From the NCBI GenBank assembly GCA_964587975.1, contig CAZPND010000001.1, positions 1 through 48,396 of the forward strand: a stretch of DNA of 48,396 bases. Direction: 5' to 3'. A program made the position numbers and the translations under genes. The DNA comes from an uncultured Candidatus Bathyarchaeia archaeon (GTDB taxonomy: Archaea; Thermoproteota; Bathyarchaeia; Bathyarchaeales; Bathycorpusculaceae). Shown here piece after piece: positions 34,694 through 44,986 of this stretch (the first letter of the stretch is position 1; each line of letters starts with the position of its first letter). Under the pieces are notes generated by a model. It made no database searches. It was not told where the DNA came from and was given only the letters and a program-made list of their open reading frames with translations.

Positions 34694-35824
34694 TTATGTT
34701 GTGATTGTTTCGTTCCAGAAGATGAGTTGGCTGTAGCCGTAGGTGTTGTTTGGTTCTAGTCCATCATCGTATATTATGTCAAGGTTATACTCGTATTTTT
34801 CGATTAGGGTGCCTAGGTTCTGGCAGAGTTGGTCGGAAAAGTTGTCGGCTTCCCAGAAACCCCAAATCTTGTCGTCTGGTCCTCGGAAGCCGTACGCGTA
34901 GTCTTTTGGAAGAACGTATGCGACCCTGTCGCTGAGTGGAACGCTGCTTCTGGGGTTGTTTTGCACGTAATGCCAGAATACTCTTAATGCTTCCAGCTGC
35001 TCTTTTCCTAAGGTTCCGTGGGTGTAATCTTCGTTTGAGTCAAAAATTATGATGTATTTTGCTCCGTTTTCGTACGCCAACATCAGGTCCTTGAAAAGTT
35101 CTAAGCGTGGTTCGATGTACGGTGGATTGGTGTACGTCCATGTAACTATGGCTCCCCAATCTTTTCCCTGCATGGTAGCTGCACCCCTGCACAGCGCAAA
35201 ATTCAACTGCCTGCTGTAATTCCAACCCAACTGCGCGAAAACCGTGTCGTATCCACCTTTGTAGTCGAACCAATAAAGGGCGTAGTCAGAAGTGAACAAA
35301 GGATACCTTGTAGAGTTGGTATAAGACCACTTGTACCAATCCAAAACCCAATTCATTTCATCGACGAACTGGTTTGCAGCATCGGTGTAATTCTCGGCTT
35401 CCGAAACCACTCTATGTCCTTGAAAGTCCAGTTGCCAACCGCCCGCCTCATCATAAGCGTAGAATCCCAAAAATCGGTCTCCCCATTTTGCTTTCGCCTC
35501 TTCAAGCCACTCTGTTGGAGGCGCATAATGTTCCCTGTAAACCATGAAGTACATGCCTTTGTCGTAGATGTACTGGCACATCTCATCAAGTCTCGTATCG
35601 TTATGAGTTATTCCCGTGCATCCTAGAATGAAGAGATTGGTGTATGAGCTTACCTCGTCAATCGTCTGCTTGGTTTCTTCCATGTTTTCGTACGCCGCGT
35701 CAATACCAACAAACAGGTCTGATGGTTCTTTTCGTGCGACGTTATTGGCGGGAACTCCGATACGTAAGAATAACATCATTATCAGCAAAGAAACAAGCAT
35801 GACGACAGGATATATTGGTTTCAT
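34694..35824 (-). CDS. signal-anchored extracytoplasmic protein, unknown function (possibly glycan-active, weak)
   Basis: N-terminal MKPIYPVVMLVSLLIMMLFL. Aromatic-rich soluble part with alternating beta/alpha character (FLGFYAYDEAGGWQLD, GAKYIIIFDSNEDY). Confidence 0.5.
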   Translation of the reverse strand: MKPIYPVVMLVSLLIMMLFLRIGVPANNVARKEPSDLFVGIDAAYENMEETKQTIDEVSSYTNLFILGCTGITHNDTRLDEMCQYIYDKGMYFMVYREHYAPPTEWLEEAKAKWGDRFLGFYAYDEAGGWQLDFQGHRVVSEAENYTDAANQFVDEMNWVLDWYKWSYTNSTRYPLFTSDYALYWFDYKGGYDTVFAQLGWNYSRQLNFALCRGAATMQGKDWGAIVTWTYTNPPYIEPRLELFKDLMLAYENGAKYIIIFDSNEDYTHGTLGKEQLEALRVFWHYVQNNPRSSVPLSDRVAYVLPKDYAYGFRGPDDKIWGFWEADNFSDQLCQNLGTLIEKYEYNLDIIYDDGLEPNNTYGYSQLIFWNETITT

Positions 35825-36054
35825 TGCTACTGTAATCTAGCCATTATCTTCGAATTAAAAGTTACTCAAATCGGGTTCAAACGCTTAAAAAACGCCGAAA
35901 TGCTGATTGCGGCTCGCTTTTCCTTCAGCGCCCAATTGTTTTTTCTGCTTCTCTTCATGAGGGCGCACATTTTTGCCAAGACATTTTTTTTAACCATGCT
36001 CTTTTATAGCTAAGTAAGGTGCTGAATCTTCAACGTTTGCATCAGACTTTGAAG

Positions 36055-37077
36055 TCACGAGCCTTCTTCTTCTTTCATGCTGACTGTTTCTTTACGAATG
36101 ACGACGTAGGGTTCTTGTTTCTTCCTTCTAATGTATACGATGAAAGCGATTAACGCTGCGAGCGTGACGATGAAAATGAACATCACGACTCTGTCGGTGC
36201 TCACTGTTTCTTCTGATGTGTTGAATCTTTTTTGCAGGCTGTTGAGGTCATCCTGCAACTTAAAGTAAGTATCGTTTAGCGCGTCGTAAACAGTGTTGAG
36301 CGTGTTGTAGCTTGCTTGCAGATCGTAGCGAGTAGCGTTCACTTCATTGTAATCGGATTGCAAAGCGCTGTAATCGTTAATCTTCGACCTGTAGTTAGCG
36401 TTTAGGCTGTCATAATCATCTGAGAGCTTGTTGTATTGGGTTAGCAACGATTGATAGGTTGAAACTTGGCTGTTGTAGTTGTTTGTCAACTGGTTGTGTT
36501 CGCTGAGAAGCGCCGTGTAATTAGCGAAGAGGCTGCTATAGTTAACCAGTAACTCATTATACTCGTTCAGTTTCGATTGATAATCTGCTTGAAGCGAAGT
36601 GTAGTCTTCCCAAAGCGCATAATACATACTTTGTATTTGACTGAAGGTTGGGTCACTAACGAGCGTAGTGTAGATGGTTGTTGATAAGTCATCTATGCTG
36701 CTTGTGTTAACAAAAATGAAGCATTGTAGTATCCCATTCGCCTCTTGAGGCAACGATACTGTGAGATTATACTGTTGCGGGAGTTCTGGAGGTATCCCGT
36801 ATACGTTCATCCCATTTAAAATCTCTTGCCAACTTGAGTTTACAAGAGCTTTGATAACCACCGTGAAATTCTTTAATGTAACAGTAGTGCTTGAAGTTAT
36901 CGTTACGTAATGCGTTATGTTTGTATTGGGATACGCTTCTTTGGGATATGTTAAGCCTATAGTGACACCGCCACCACGAAACGAAACTGTTGCGTCAGAA
37001 GAAGCATTAACACTGCGCATTAATCCCGATAACAAGAGTAGCACTGTGAAGAAGCAAACTACTTTTTTAACTCGCAT
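36055..37077 (-). CDS. secreted, C-terminally anchored protein with ~17 consecutive x-Y-x-x-L-x-x heptads and many N-glycosylation sequons
   Basis: Signal peptide MRVKKVVCFFTVLLLLSGLMRSVNA (start 37077). Heptad array DYTSLQA DYQSKLN EYNELLV NYSSLFA ... at 36226-36606. TM VVMFIFIVTLAALIAFIVYIRRKK. Confidence 0.7.
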   Translation of the reverse strand: MRVKKVVCFFTVLLLLSGLMRSVNASSDATVSFRGGGVTIGLTYPKEAYPNTNITHYVTITSSTTVTLKNFTVVIKALVNSSWQEILNGMNVYGIPPELPQQYNLTVSLPQEANGILQCFIFVNTSSIDDLSTTIYTTLVSDPTFSQIQSMYYALWEDYTSLQADYQSKLNEYNELLVNYSSLFANYTALLSEHNQLTNNYNSQVSTYQSLLTQYNKLSDDYDSLNANYRSKINDYSALQSDYNEVNATRYDLQASYNTLNTVYDALNDTYFKLQDDLNSLQKRFNTSEETVSTDRVVMFIFIVTLAALIAFIVYIRRKKQEPYVVIRKETVSMKEEEGS

Positions 37078-37256
37078 GAAGTTTCCACTCCAAAGTATTC
37101 GCAAAGAGTATTTATCGTTAACTAATCATGATCAGAATTCTGAGTAGAACTACACCTCCCCTGCCGATTTTGCTCGCCATTTTTCCCTTTTCGAAGCGAC
37201 ACCGTCAGCGGATACGTTTTTAAATGTTGAATTGGAAACCGTTTTGGTTGAAACTC

Positions 37257-37871
37257 ATGTTTTTCAAGCAGGTCCAGCAGCACGGCGACAACTTCTCATA
37301 CATCATAGCAGACGACACCACGCGCGAGGCAGCTGTGGTAGATTCCAGCTACAACGCAGGCGAAATAACCCGCATAATAAAAGCGGAAAACCTGAAACTC
37401 AAATACATCATCAACACGCACGACCACTCGGACCACACAGCAGGCAACCAAGAATTACGCTCAATCTCCACCGCAAAAATCGTCGCCCACACCCTATCAA
37501 GAATCAACCCAGACATCAAAGTCAACGACGGAGACACCCTCAACATAGGCACCATCCCCCTGAAAGTCATCCACACCCCAGGACACACACCCGACGGCAT
37601 ATGCCTCCTAGTAAACAACCAAAAACTGCTAACAGGAGACGCCCTCTTCATAGGCGAATGCGGCAGAACAGACATGCCCGGCGGAAACTCCAAAAGCATG
37701 TACAACAGTCTCTTCCACAAAATCCTAAAACTCAACGACAACATAGAAGTGTATCCAGGACACGACTACGGATCGAAACCCTCATCCACCATAGGCGAAG
37801 AAAGACGATCAAACTACACTTTAGAACCGAGAACCCTCGCGGAATTCATCGAATTCATGAACCAGCCTTAA
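37257..37871 (+). CDS. MBL-fold metallo-hydrolase (glyoxalase II-like)
   Basis: HTHDHSDH (HxHxDH), TPGHTPDG, GDALF, PGHDY. Start set at ATG 37257, about 30 nt after the tttttaaa box. Confidence 0.85.
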   Translation: MFFKQVQQHGDNFSYIIADDTTREAAVVDSSYNAGEITRIIKAENLKLKYIINTHDHSDHTAGNQELRSISTAKIVAHTLSRINPDIKVNDGDTLNIGTIPLKVIHTPGHTPDGICLLVNNQKLLTGDALFIGECGRTDMPGGNSKSMYNSLFHKILKLNDNIEVYPGHDYGSKPSSTIGEERRSNYTLEPRTLAEFIEFMNQP

Positions 37872-38225
37872 CATCCCTCTTTTAACAGTAACTTCAGCGA
37901 CATACACCACTTTTTTCACTCACTGGTATATTTAAAAAATAACCAAATTTACCATGCCCATCAAAACAAAACAACGATTCTGAAGCAAACTTATCCAATT
38001 AAGCTGCCTAATCCACGCCTAAACACAACTGCCATTTTCAAAAATAATGTTTATTTATCCACAAAAACTGCTATGCCACCTGCCTTTTGTTGGAGTCATA
38101 TATTTACAATATGTATTTAAGAATCAGAAAATTTTTTATTGTACTTGGTTGAAGATTAAAGGTCTATTAACATATAGATATAAAATAAGAATTAAGAAAC
38201 AAGAGTTGAGAAGGTCTTAACAATT

Positions 38226-38621
38226 ATGCCTCAGACTGCATCACGTCAAGCCACTTTCTGTTTCCTTAGCAAAGCACAGCTGATGAAGCTAAAATTAAAA
38301 GCTGTGCGTGCCGGCGTGTGGTTCAGAGCGTTACCAAGGATAGATAGAGCACTTGTCGATTTAACGATAAAAGTTGCAAGCAGCGTCCGCAGCGCCACTT
38401 TAGCCAAAAACATCTTAACAATCATAAGGAAAATAGAAGGACTTCTAGAAAGCAGTCTCTTACGGGCCTTTCGAGGCATCGCAATTAAACTCGCCCAGAA
38501 AATCAGCTCCATAGCTCAAAAATGGGGCAACACCTCCGCTAAAAACTGGGCGTCCGATGTATCCTTTATACAGTTCTTAGCTGTAATGCATATTAACGCA
38601 CCTAAAGCCTTTAAAACTTGA
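38226..38621 (+). CDS. hypothetical helical protein (131 aa)
   Basis: ORF only. Precedes the GT2 gene by 30 nt. No motif recognised. Confidence 0.35.
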   Translation: MPQTASRQATFCFLSKAQLMKLKLKAVRAGVWFRALPRIDRALVDLTIKVASSVRSATLAKNILTIIRKIEGLLESSLLRAFRGIAIKLAQKISSIAQKWGNTSAKNWASDVSFIQFLAVMHINAPKAFKT

Positions 38622-38651
38622 TTTGCAATTACACGTTAGGGAGTACATCGT

Positions 38652-39938
38652 ATGATAACAGACGTAATCGGTATCGTATTGATCGGTGTACTCATAACTG
38701 TATGCTCCTGGGCACTTTACAACCTGCCCATTCTAGCTAGCGGCGTTAAAGACTTCTGCAAAAAACACCAAAAACATCAGAAAAAAAATGTTCCAGAAGA
38801 GCTTTTACCCTCCTTCTCAATCATCGTTCCCGTTAAAAACGAGGAGCGCGTCATAGACAGAATACTTAATTCACTATCAAACTTAAAATATCCTTCACAC
38901 AAAACAGAAATCATCATAGTCGAAGACGGCTCAACAGACAAAACCAACAACATATGCATAAACTACGCCAAAGAACACGACAACGTGAAAATTCTAAATA
39001 AAAACCTTTCCAACGGCAAACCCTCAGCCCTGAACTACGGACTCGCCCACGCAAAAGGAGACATCGTCGCCATATTCGACGCAGACAACGTCCCCGCAAA
39101 CGACGCGTTATCCGCAGTCGTTGAGTACTTTGAAGACCCAAAGGTTGCAGCCGTACAAGGACGCACCGCCTCAATCAACCCCCAAGAAAACATGCTAACC
39201 CAATTCATATCCTACGAAGAAGCCGTGTGGTGCGAAGCGTACCTCCGAGGCAAAGACGTGCTAAACCTGTTCGTCCACTTGAAAGGAAGCTGCCAGTTCA
39301 TACGCCGCGACGTTCTACAACAACTGCAAGGATTCGACGAAGGCGTCTTATCCGAGGACATGGAAATTTCCGCAAGGCTTGTTGAAAACGACTACAAAAT
39401 CCGCTACGCTTCCAACGTGGTCGCCCTGCAGGAAAGCCCTTCAAACCTGAAGACATTATTCAACCAGCGCACAAGATGGTTCAGAGGCACGATGGAAGTA
39501 GCCTTCAAATACGGTCGATTAATGACCAAGCTGAACAAGATAAACTTCGACGCAGAAACCACCCTTTTTGCGCCGTTCATTCTGATCGCCTCGCTCGCGC
39601 CTTATTTCGCAGCGTTCTTTGTCTTCTCCACCTTCTGGTCCCTTAACGTGATGTGGTCTCTTGTCATGCAGTTCGGCATGCTGACAACCACTTTAACCAT
39701 GCTCGTCTGCGGATTAGCATTAATCTACGTCTCCAAACCACGCAAAGTACGAAGCCTACTCTGGCTTCCCTTTGTCTACTGCTACTGGAGCTTCCAAGCA
39801 TTCATCGCCCTGTACGCCATGATACTCATCGTTCTGCGCAGACCAAAAAAATGGACAAAAACCGACAAACAAGGCTCGTTTTTCCCTTCCACAACTGTCA
39901 GCACACCACAGTTTGTCACCGAATCCGACACCTATTGA
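38652..39938 (+). CDS. membrane-bound GT2 glycosyltransferase (processive-synthase-like layout)
   Basis: N-terminal TM, FSIIVPVKNEERVI, IIVEDGSTDKT, FDADN, SEDMEI, NQRTRWFRG (QxxRW), C-terminal TM helices. Confidence 0.85.
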   Translation: MITDVIGIVLIGVLITVCSWALYNLPILASGVKDFCKKHQKHQKKNVPEELLPSFSIIVPVKNEERVIDRILNSLSNLKYPSHKTEIIIVEDGSTDKTNNICINYAKEHDNVKILNKNLSNGKPSALNYGLAHAKGDIVAIFDADNVPANDALSAVVEYFEDPKVAAVQGRTASINPQENMLTQFISYEEAVWCEAYLRGKDVLNLFVHLKGSCQFIRRDVLQQLQGFDEGVLSEDMEISARLVENDYKIRYASNVVALQESPSNLKTLFNQRTRWFRGTMEVAFKYGRLMTKLNKINFDAETTLFAPFILIASLAPYFAAFFVFSTFWSLNVMWSLVMQFGMLTTTLTMLVCGLALIYVSKPRKVRSLLWLPFVYCYWSFQAFIALYAMILIVLRRPKKWTKTDKQGSFFPSTTVSTPQFVTESDTY

Positions 39939-40087
39939 ACTCACGATCAGATTTTTCAAAGGAAGTTCTCCTATGGATATCTTAACATTAAAAGCCAATA
40001 ACCGGCCATCGTATTCTGAACAAAACATAAAATTTTTAATTTGTTTCATTCTCTGTCGGTTCAACAAATCGCGACCATTAAGAAGGA

Positions 40088-41743
40088 TTGAACGCCTTAC
40101 TTAACAAATTAAAACTGAATTCAAAGTCGAAGTTTACAACGCACTCATTTATGTTTAAGGCTAACTTATCACGCTTTTTCAGCGGAATCAACTTAACAGA
40201 CCGCAAAGCTTTACTCGCCTGCCTATCCATCGGCTTCCTCATCAGACTGGTACCTGAACTCTTGGCGTTCCCACTCCCCATAGGCTTCGACACAATCTAT
40301 TATGCGTTTGCGATGAAAAACGGTGTGATATTGGCTCATTGGAGCAACTTTTTCACTTCTTCTTGGCTGCTGTACGCACTTATTGTGCCGTTATACAGCC
40401 TCTTGCAGGCTAATCCATTTCTGCTGTTGAAAATCGTCGCGCCGTTGCTATTCGGTTTGAATGTGGCTGGCGTCTACTGGTTTTCAAGGAAAATGTTAGG
40501 CTGGAGTCTACGAGTGGGCATGTTGACCGGACTTTTCTTTGCGTTGCAACTAGCTTCCTTGAGGATAAGCTGGGACCTATTACGGAACACGCTGGGATTA
40601 GGCATCTTGTTATTCGCCCTGTCATACGTTAAGGAAGTAAACTCTAAACGTGGCTTTGCACTATTCGCTTCACTCGCATGGCTAAGTGTTTTCGCTCATG
40701 AATATGCTGCAGTGACTTTGCTGGTGGTAGTTTTGGGCTTGCTGGTTTGGCGTCTCGTTAAAAGGCAAATGGATTCTGGATCTATTCGGTTGGGATTGGC
40801 AACTCTTCCAGCCTTAACAGTTTTCTTAGTGGGCATGGGCCTGAGGTTTTTCCCCGTTAGCTACGCAACTGAAACAAACGTTATTAACGCCGCTGGCGAT
40901 GCTGTGCCCGCTAAAGTTGGCGGCTTACCATTCGTTGTTGATTATCTGCATATTCAATCTACTGTCGACTCTTATGCAAGTTACTTTAATCTGGCTTTGA
41001 GCGTGGGCCTTCTCTTTGCAGTTTTGTTTCTGCCCTATATTTTCTTGGTTGTGAACGGCTTCTTCAGGAACGGCGTTTTGAACTTATGGACGGGCTTGTT
41101 GTTGATTGGCGCTTTCGGCTGCCTGATCGTTCCTTTCGCTGCTTTACAGTATTGGCACAGATGGATGTTCATGCTTGTTTACCCTTTCACCTTTTACGCG
41201 GTTAATGGGTTTGGAAGATTGTTAAGCAAATTTCGTGAAAAAACCACGCGTTTTTCCTCATGGTTCTTCGACAGAAAAGCTGCAGTCGCGGTCTTAGTAA
41301 CGTTCTCTTTGGGCATTGCATATTTGGCTACGCCCTTGTTGATGGTATATACGTCTGCGAGCGTACCAGTTGCCACAGGGACTTACCTGTACTTTTCAGA
41401 TAGCCCCACTGTTCCTTATGAGGATGTAAACAGCGTTGTGGCGGCTATGGGTTGGCTCAATGACCATTTGGATAAGGGCTCGTGTGTGGCTTTGCAGCAT
41501 GCGTTTTTGCGTTGGGGCGAATTGTATTTAGATAAGTCACATGAGATTGTGCATTTTGAGATCGAAGTCAATGCAGCCTTAAATACTGGTTTTAAGAATG
41601 GCTTTAACAGTGTGTTCCTTGTTTGGTGGAATGAACCGATTGGCTGGTATGGCTTTTCAGTGCCCACAAGTTTTGTTAGGATACAAGATTTCGGTCGCAT
41701 ATCAGTTTACGTGTATGAAGGTATACCTTTTGTTGGAAGTTGA
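40088..41743 (+). CDS. polytopic membrane protein, possible GT-C-type glycosyltransferase or polymerase
   Basis: More than 10 hydrophobic helices. Asp in the first predicted loop (PLPIGFDTIYY). Soluble C-terminal ~100 aa. Sits inside a glycosyltransferase cluster. The start could be ATG 40151. Confidence 0.5.
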   Translation: MNALLNKLKLNSKSKFTTHSFMFKANLSRFFSGINLTDRKALLACLSIGFLIRLVPELLAFPLPIGFDTIYYAFAMKNGVILAHWSNFFTSSWLLYALIVPLYSLLQANPFLLLKIVAPLLFGLNVAGVYWFSRKMLGWSLRVGMLTGLFFALQLASLRISWDLLRNTLGLGILLFALSYVKEVNSKRGFALFASLAWLSVFAHEYAAVTLLVVVLGLLVWRLVKRQMDSGSIRLGLATLPALTVFLVGMGLRFFPVSYATETNVINAAGDAVPAKVGGLPFVVDYLHIQSTVDSYASYFNLALSVGLLFAVLFLPYIFLVVNGFFRNGVLNLWTGLLLIGAFGCLIVPFAALQYWHRWMFMLVYPFTFYAVNGFGRLLSKFREKTTRFSSWFFDRKAAVAVLVTFSLGIAYLATPLLMVYTSASVPVATGTYLYFSDSPTVPYEDVNSVVAAMGWLNDHLDKGSCVALQHAFLRWGELYLDKSHEIVHFEIEVNAALNTGFKNGFNSVFLVWWNEPIGWYGFSVPTSFVRIQDFGRISVYVYEGIPFVGS

Positions 41744-42698
41744 AGAAACTGAGGATGCCAAGGTAATCTTGGACGAGGTCTCGGTTGCTGGAACTAAACC
41801 GTTTGTTGTAGTTGGCATTCCAGCGTTTAACGAGTCAAGTATGATTGCGCGGGTTGTTCTAAATGCTCAGAAATACGCGGATGCGGTCGTGGTTTGCGAC
41901 GACGGTTCAAGCGATATGACCGGAACAATTGCTAAACATTTAGGTGCATACGTTGTTCGTCATAGGCGGAATTTGGGTTATGGTGCTTCCATTAAGAGTC
42001 TTTTCAAACGTGCTCGTGAGTTGAATGCTGACGTGTTAGTAACCCTAGACGCCGATGGCCAGCATAATCCTGACGAAATACCCAATGTTTTGAAGCCTAT
42101 CGTAAAGGACACCGCAGATTTGGTAATCGGCAGCCGTTTTATTGATTCGGATGGAACTAAAGAAATGCCTTTATATAGACGATTAGGAGCCCAACTAATA
42201 ACAAAACTGGTTAATGGTTCATCAAAGAGTGTCATTAGCGATGCCCAGAGCGGTTTTAGAGCGTACAATCGTTATGCATTAAAGCAGCTAACCCCTTTTG
42301 AGAACGGGATGGGAGCAAGCGTCGAGATACTGCTTAAAGCCAGCAAGCATGATCTGAAGATCTGTGAAGTGCCTAGCTCATGCAAGTACCACAATGGTGA
42401 CGTAGCGACATCCACAAAACACCCTATTACTCATGGCGTTGGCTTGATAGTGTCTATCGTCAGATTTATTGTAGAAGAAAAACCGTTGACGCTATTAGGA
42501 ATTCCAGGACTGCTCTGTTTGATTGTGGGTATAGGTTTTGGAGTTTGGATGTTGCAAATATATGCAATCGGGCATTATATAGTGACGAATATTGCATTGG
42601 CATCTGTGGCATTTCTTCTCATTGGTTTTTTCATGCTGTCAACGGCCATAACGCTTTACGCCATAACACGGCTAACTAAAAAAATTAATGGCAAATAA
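41715..42698 (+). CDS. GT2, dolichyl-phosphate sugar synthase-like (DPM1/AglD-like) with C-terminal TM helices
   Basis: VVGIPAFNESSMIARVV, VVCDDGSSDMT, LDADGQHNPDEI, GSRF, SGFRAY, then two TM helices. Start set at ATG 41715, overlapping the upstream gene. Confidence 0.8.
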   Translation: MKVYLLLEVEETEDAKVILDEVSVAGTKPFVVVGIPAFNESSMIARVVLNAQKYADAVVVCDDGSSDMTGTIAKHLGAYVVRHRRNLGYGASIKSLFKRARELNADVLVTLDADGQHNPDEIPNVLKPIVKDTADLVIGSRFIDSDGTKEMPLYRRLGAQLITKLVNGSSKSVISDAQSGFRAYNRYALKQLTPFENGMGASVEILLKASKHDLKICEVPSSCKYHNGDVATSTKHPITHGVGLIVSIVRFIVEEKPLTLLGIPGLLCLIVGIGFGVWMLQIYAIGHYIVTNIALASVAFLLIGFFMLSTAITLYAITRLTKKINGK

Positions 42699-42970
42699 AC
42701 AAGATGTTTCTATATAAAATATATCTATCTGGCATATTTGTCACTTACTTAGGCCAAAGAGACCTTGATTTTGGAGAAATGAAATTGGCAACAGATATGG
42801 TTCACTCTGTTCTTTCTTAAATGTGGCCCTTTAAAATTGTTTTGAGGTCCAAATTGCAATTTTAATGGTCAAAAGATGCGCTAAAAAGATCAGACCAGTA
42901 GAAGCGCGGATCACTTGGGAAACAATTGTTCGCGAGACTCTGCTTTCGAAATAATATGGATTGTTACTAA

Positions 42971-44173
42971 ATGAACATATGCTTTATCGGTACAGATATA
43001 GGTCCTTCAATGAGCGGCACGTTTGTACGAGGTCATGTCAGCAATATTGTCAGATTATCTAAAGTGCTCACGAAAATGGGTCATAATGTACAAATAATTA
43101 CAAACAAGCCTAGTTTTACTAATTCTGCACTATATGAAAAATGGATGAACTATGCAAAGGTTAGCTATTTTCCAACGATGTTTCCTTCGCTAAAAGAAAA
43201 TGGTCCCGAATTTGCCATCAAAGCGTTGAGTAAAATAATTTCAGATAGGCAAAAACCTTTCGACGTTGTTAACGTGCATTCAGGTTTTCCAGCACTTGCT
43301 ATATTATCCGCTTTGAGCAAGAAATTTACAAATTTCAAGACCGTACATACTCTGTATAGTCCATTCGATTATGCGATAAATAATTCACTCTTGGACCGGC
43401 TGGTTCTGGATAGCATTACCCGTTCATCTTTTTCATCGTTAGATAAAGTTGTCGCAGTAAGCGAGAACGTTAGGCGATCGCTTATATCACGCCACTTAGA
43501 CGAGGATAAGATTGAAATGATACCTCCCGCCATAAGCGAAGAATTTTTGCGTCCTCGTCTCAAATCTCAAAACATGCGATTGATTTTAGAAATTGACGAA
43601 AACGCACCAGTGATTACTTATATGGGTGGATTTGAAAAAAGTAAGGGTCTCACAATGCTGGTGCAAATAATTGAAACAGTTGTTCCAAAAATACCTGAAG
43701 CAGTTTTTGTTATCGCTCTGAACAGACATAGTAATGACCAAGCGTTAAGAATATTTGAAATGACCCAGAAGAAGCACGGCTTTTCGAAGAATGTACGTGT
43801 CATAGGAATAACTGATAGAATTGCCGATATATTGTCGATAGGCGATGTTTTTGTTGCTCCTTACTTACATACTATGGGTGTGGCGGATAATCCGCTAGCA
43901 ATATTTGAGGCAATGGCTGTTGGTAAAGTTGTAGTCGCATTTGATGTGGGCGGAATTTCTGAGATGTTAGCTGGAGGAAGAGGAATTGCAATCAGGCCTA
44001 GAGATACTGCATTGTTCGTCGAAAACATCGTTAGAGTAATTAAAAACAAGGCAAGTTTCACAAAAATGAGTAAAGCAGCGTCACGATATGTTGTTCAAAA
44101 TTTTTCCCCAGAAATTGTCGCGACAAAAACGGTTGAATTATTCACCGATATAGTGGAGAACAAGACTGAATGA
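42971..44173 (+). CDS. GT4 (GT-B fold) glycosyltransferase
   Basis: N-terminus MNICFIGTD...GHNVQIIT. C-terminal nucleotide-sugar motif ADNPLAIFEAMAVGKVVVAFDVGGISEML. Confidence 0.8.
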   Translation: MNICFIGTDIGPSMSGTFVRGHVSNIVRLSKVLTKMGHNVQIITNKPSFTNSALYEKWMNYAKVSYFPTMFPSLKENGPEFAIKALSKIISDRQKPFDVVNVHSGFPALAILSALSKKFTNFKTVHTLYSPFDYAINNSLLDRLVLDSITRSSFSSLDKVVAVSENVRRSLISRHLDEDKIEMIPPAISEEFLRPRLKSQNMRLILEIDENAPVITYMGGFEKSKGLTMLVQIIETVVPKIPEAVFVIALNRHSNDQALRIFEMTQKKHGFSKNVRVIGITDRIADILSIGDVFVAPYLHTMGVADNPLAIFEAMAVGKVVVAFDVGGISEMLAGGRGIAIRPRDTALFVENIVRVIKNKASFTKMSKAASRYVVQNFSPEIVATKTVELFTDIVENKTE

Positions 44174-44880
44174 GTGAAGAACGGCAAACCGTAGATTTCT
44201 ATGAAAGGGATTCGAAAGTATACGACAGGTCACGATTTCAGGATGGCAAAGGCATGCAAATTAATAGTGTTCAGCAGGCTATTGTCAAAGAATTATGTGG
44301 CAACGTTAAATCCAAGAAAGTGTTGGAACTGGCTGTTGGGACTGGCAGATTCACTAAAACTATGGTTATTGGAGAGGCTGATTTAGTTGGCTTGGATTCC
44401 TCTATCTCTATGTTACAAATCACTCGGAAAAAATGCTCTGCAGCTAGGGTCGCTAAAATGCCTTCTTTGATACGCGCAGATGCTACTCAACTTCCTTTCA
44501 GATCAGATGCTTTCGATTATGTCTTATGCATAAACGCCCTAAATCATATGCCAAAATATACTGGTGCAATTCAGGAGTCCTCTAGGGTTTTGAAATCAAG
44601 TGGCTCGTTTGTTTTTAACTTTCCTAATACGGCTAGTATTCTTTTACCCCTCGCTTTGTTTGTGAATGCAAGATCTAAAAGTGTAGAGAGGCCTGTATTT
44701 TCGAAGTGGTATTCTCCAAAACAGATACTCCTTACGCTTTTCAGAAACAGATTGCGAGTTGAGACTGCAGAAGGTCATATACCTGTTGGTTTCGCCCAAC
44801 CCGTAATTGATAAGCTTGTTAGAAAGTCACCTATTCGCTTCTTTTCCGGCGTGTTATTTATCAAAGCAAAGAAGTCATAA
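44170..44880 (+). CDS. class I SAM-dependent methyltransferase
   Basis: Motif I VLELAVGTGRFT, then ADATQLPF and FDYVLCINALNHM. 4-nt overlap with the upstream GT4 (ATGA). Confidence 0.8.
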   Translation: MSEERQTVDFYERDSKVYDRSRFQDGKGMQINSVQQAIVKELCGNVKSKKVLELAVGTGRFTKTMVIGEADLVGLDSSISMLQITRKKCSAARVAKMPSLIRADATQLPFRSDAFDYVLCINALNHMPKYTGAIQESSRVLKSSGSFVFNFPNTASILLPLALFVNARSKSVERPVFSKWYSPKQILLTLFRNRLRVETAEGHIPVGFAQPVIDKLVRKSPIRFFSGVLFIKAKKS

Positions 44881-44986
44881 CCTTCTCTAAAGCGGGGACA
44901 GTTTAGCAAAGCAAAACTTTGCGGATAATGGTCGTGAGAGCCTGCACATTCTGTTTGTTTCGGCTTATTGGCATTACCCCGAGGTA

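Noticed and set aside
35866-35997. 43-aa basic minus-strand ORF (MVKKNVLAKMCALMKRSRKNNW...) between two surface-protein genes
   Set aside because: It could be a real small protein, but it has no SD, no recognisable family and no second line of evidence, so it is not reported as a feature.
37232-37885. 217-aa alternative-frame ORF overlapping the MBL hydrolase gene
   Set aside because: Its translation is Arg/His/Pro-rich and low-complexity, arising from the A+C-rich sequence. The other frame carries HxHxDH and the remaining MBL motifs.
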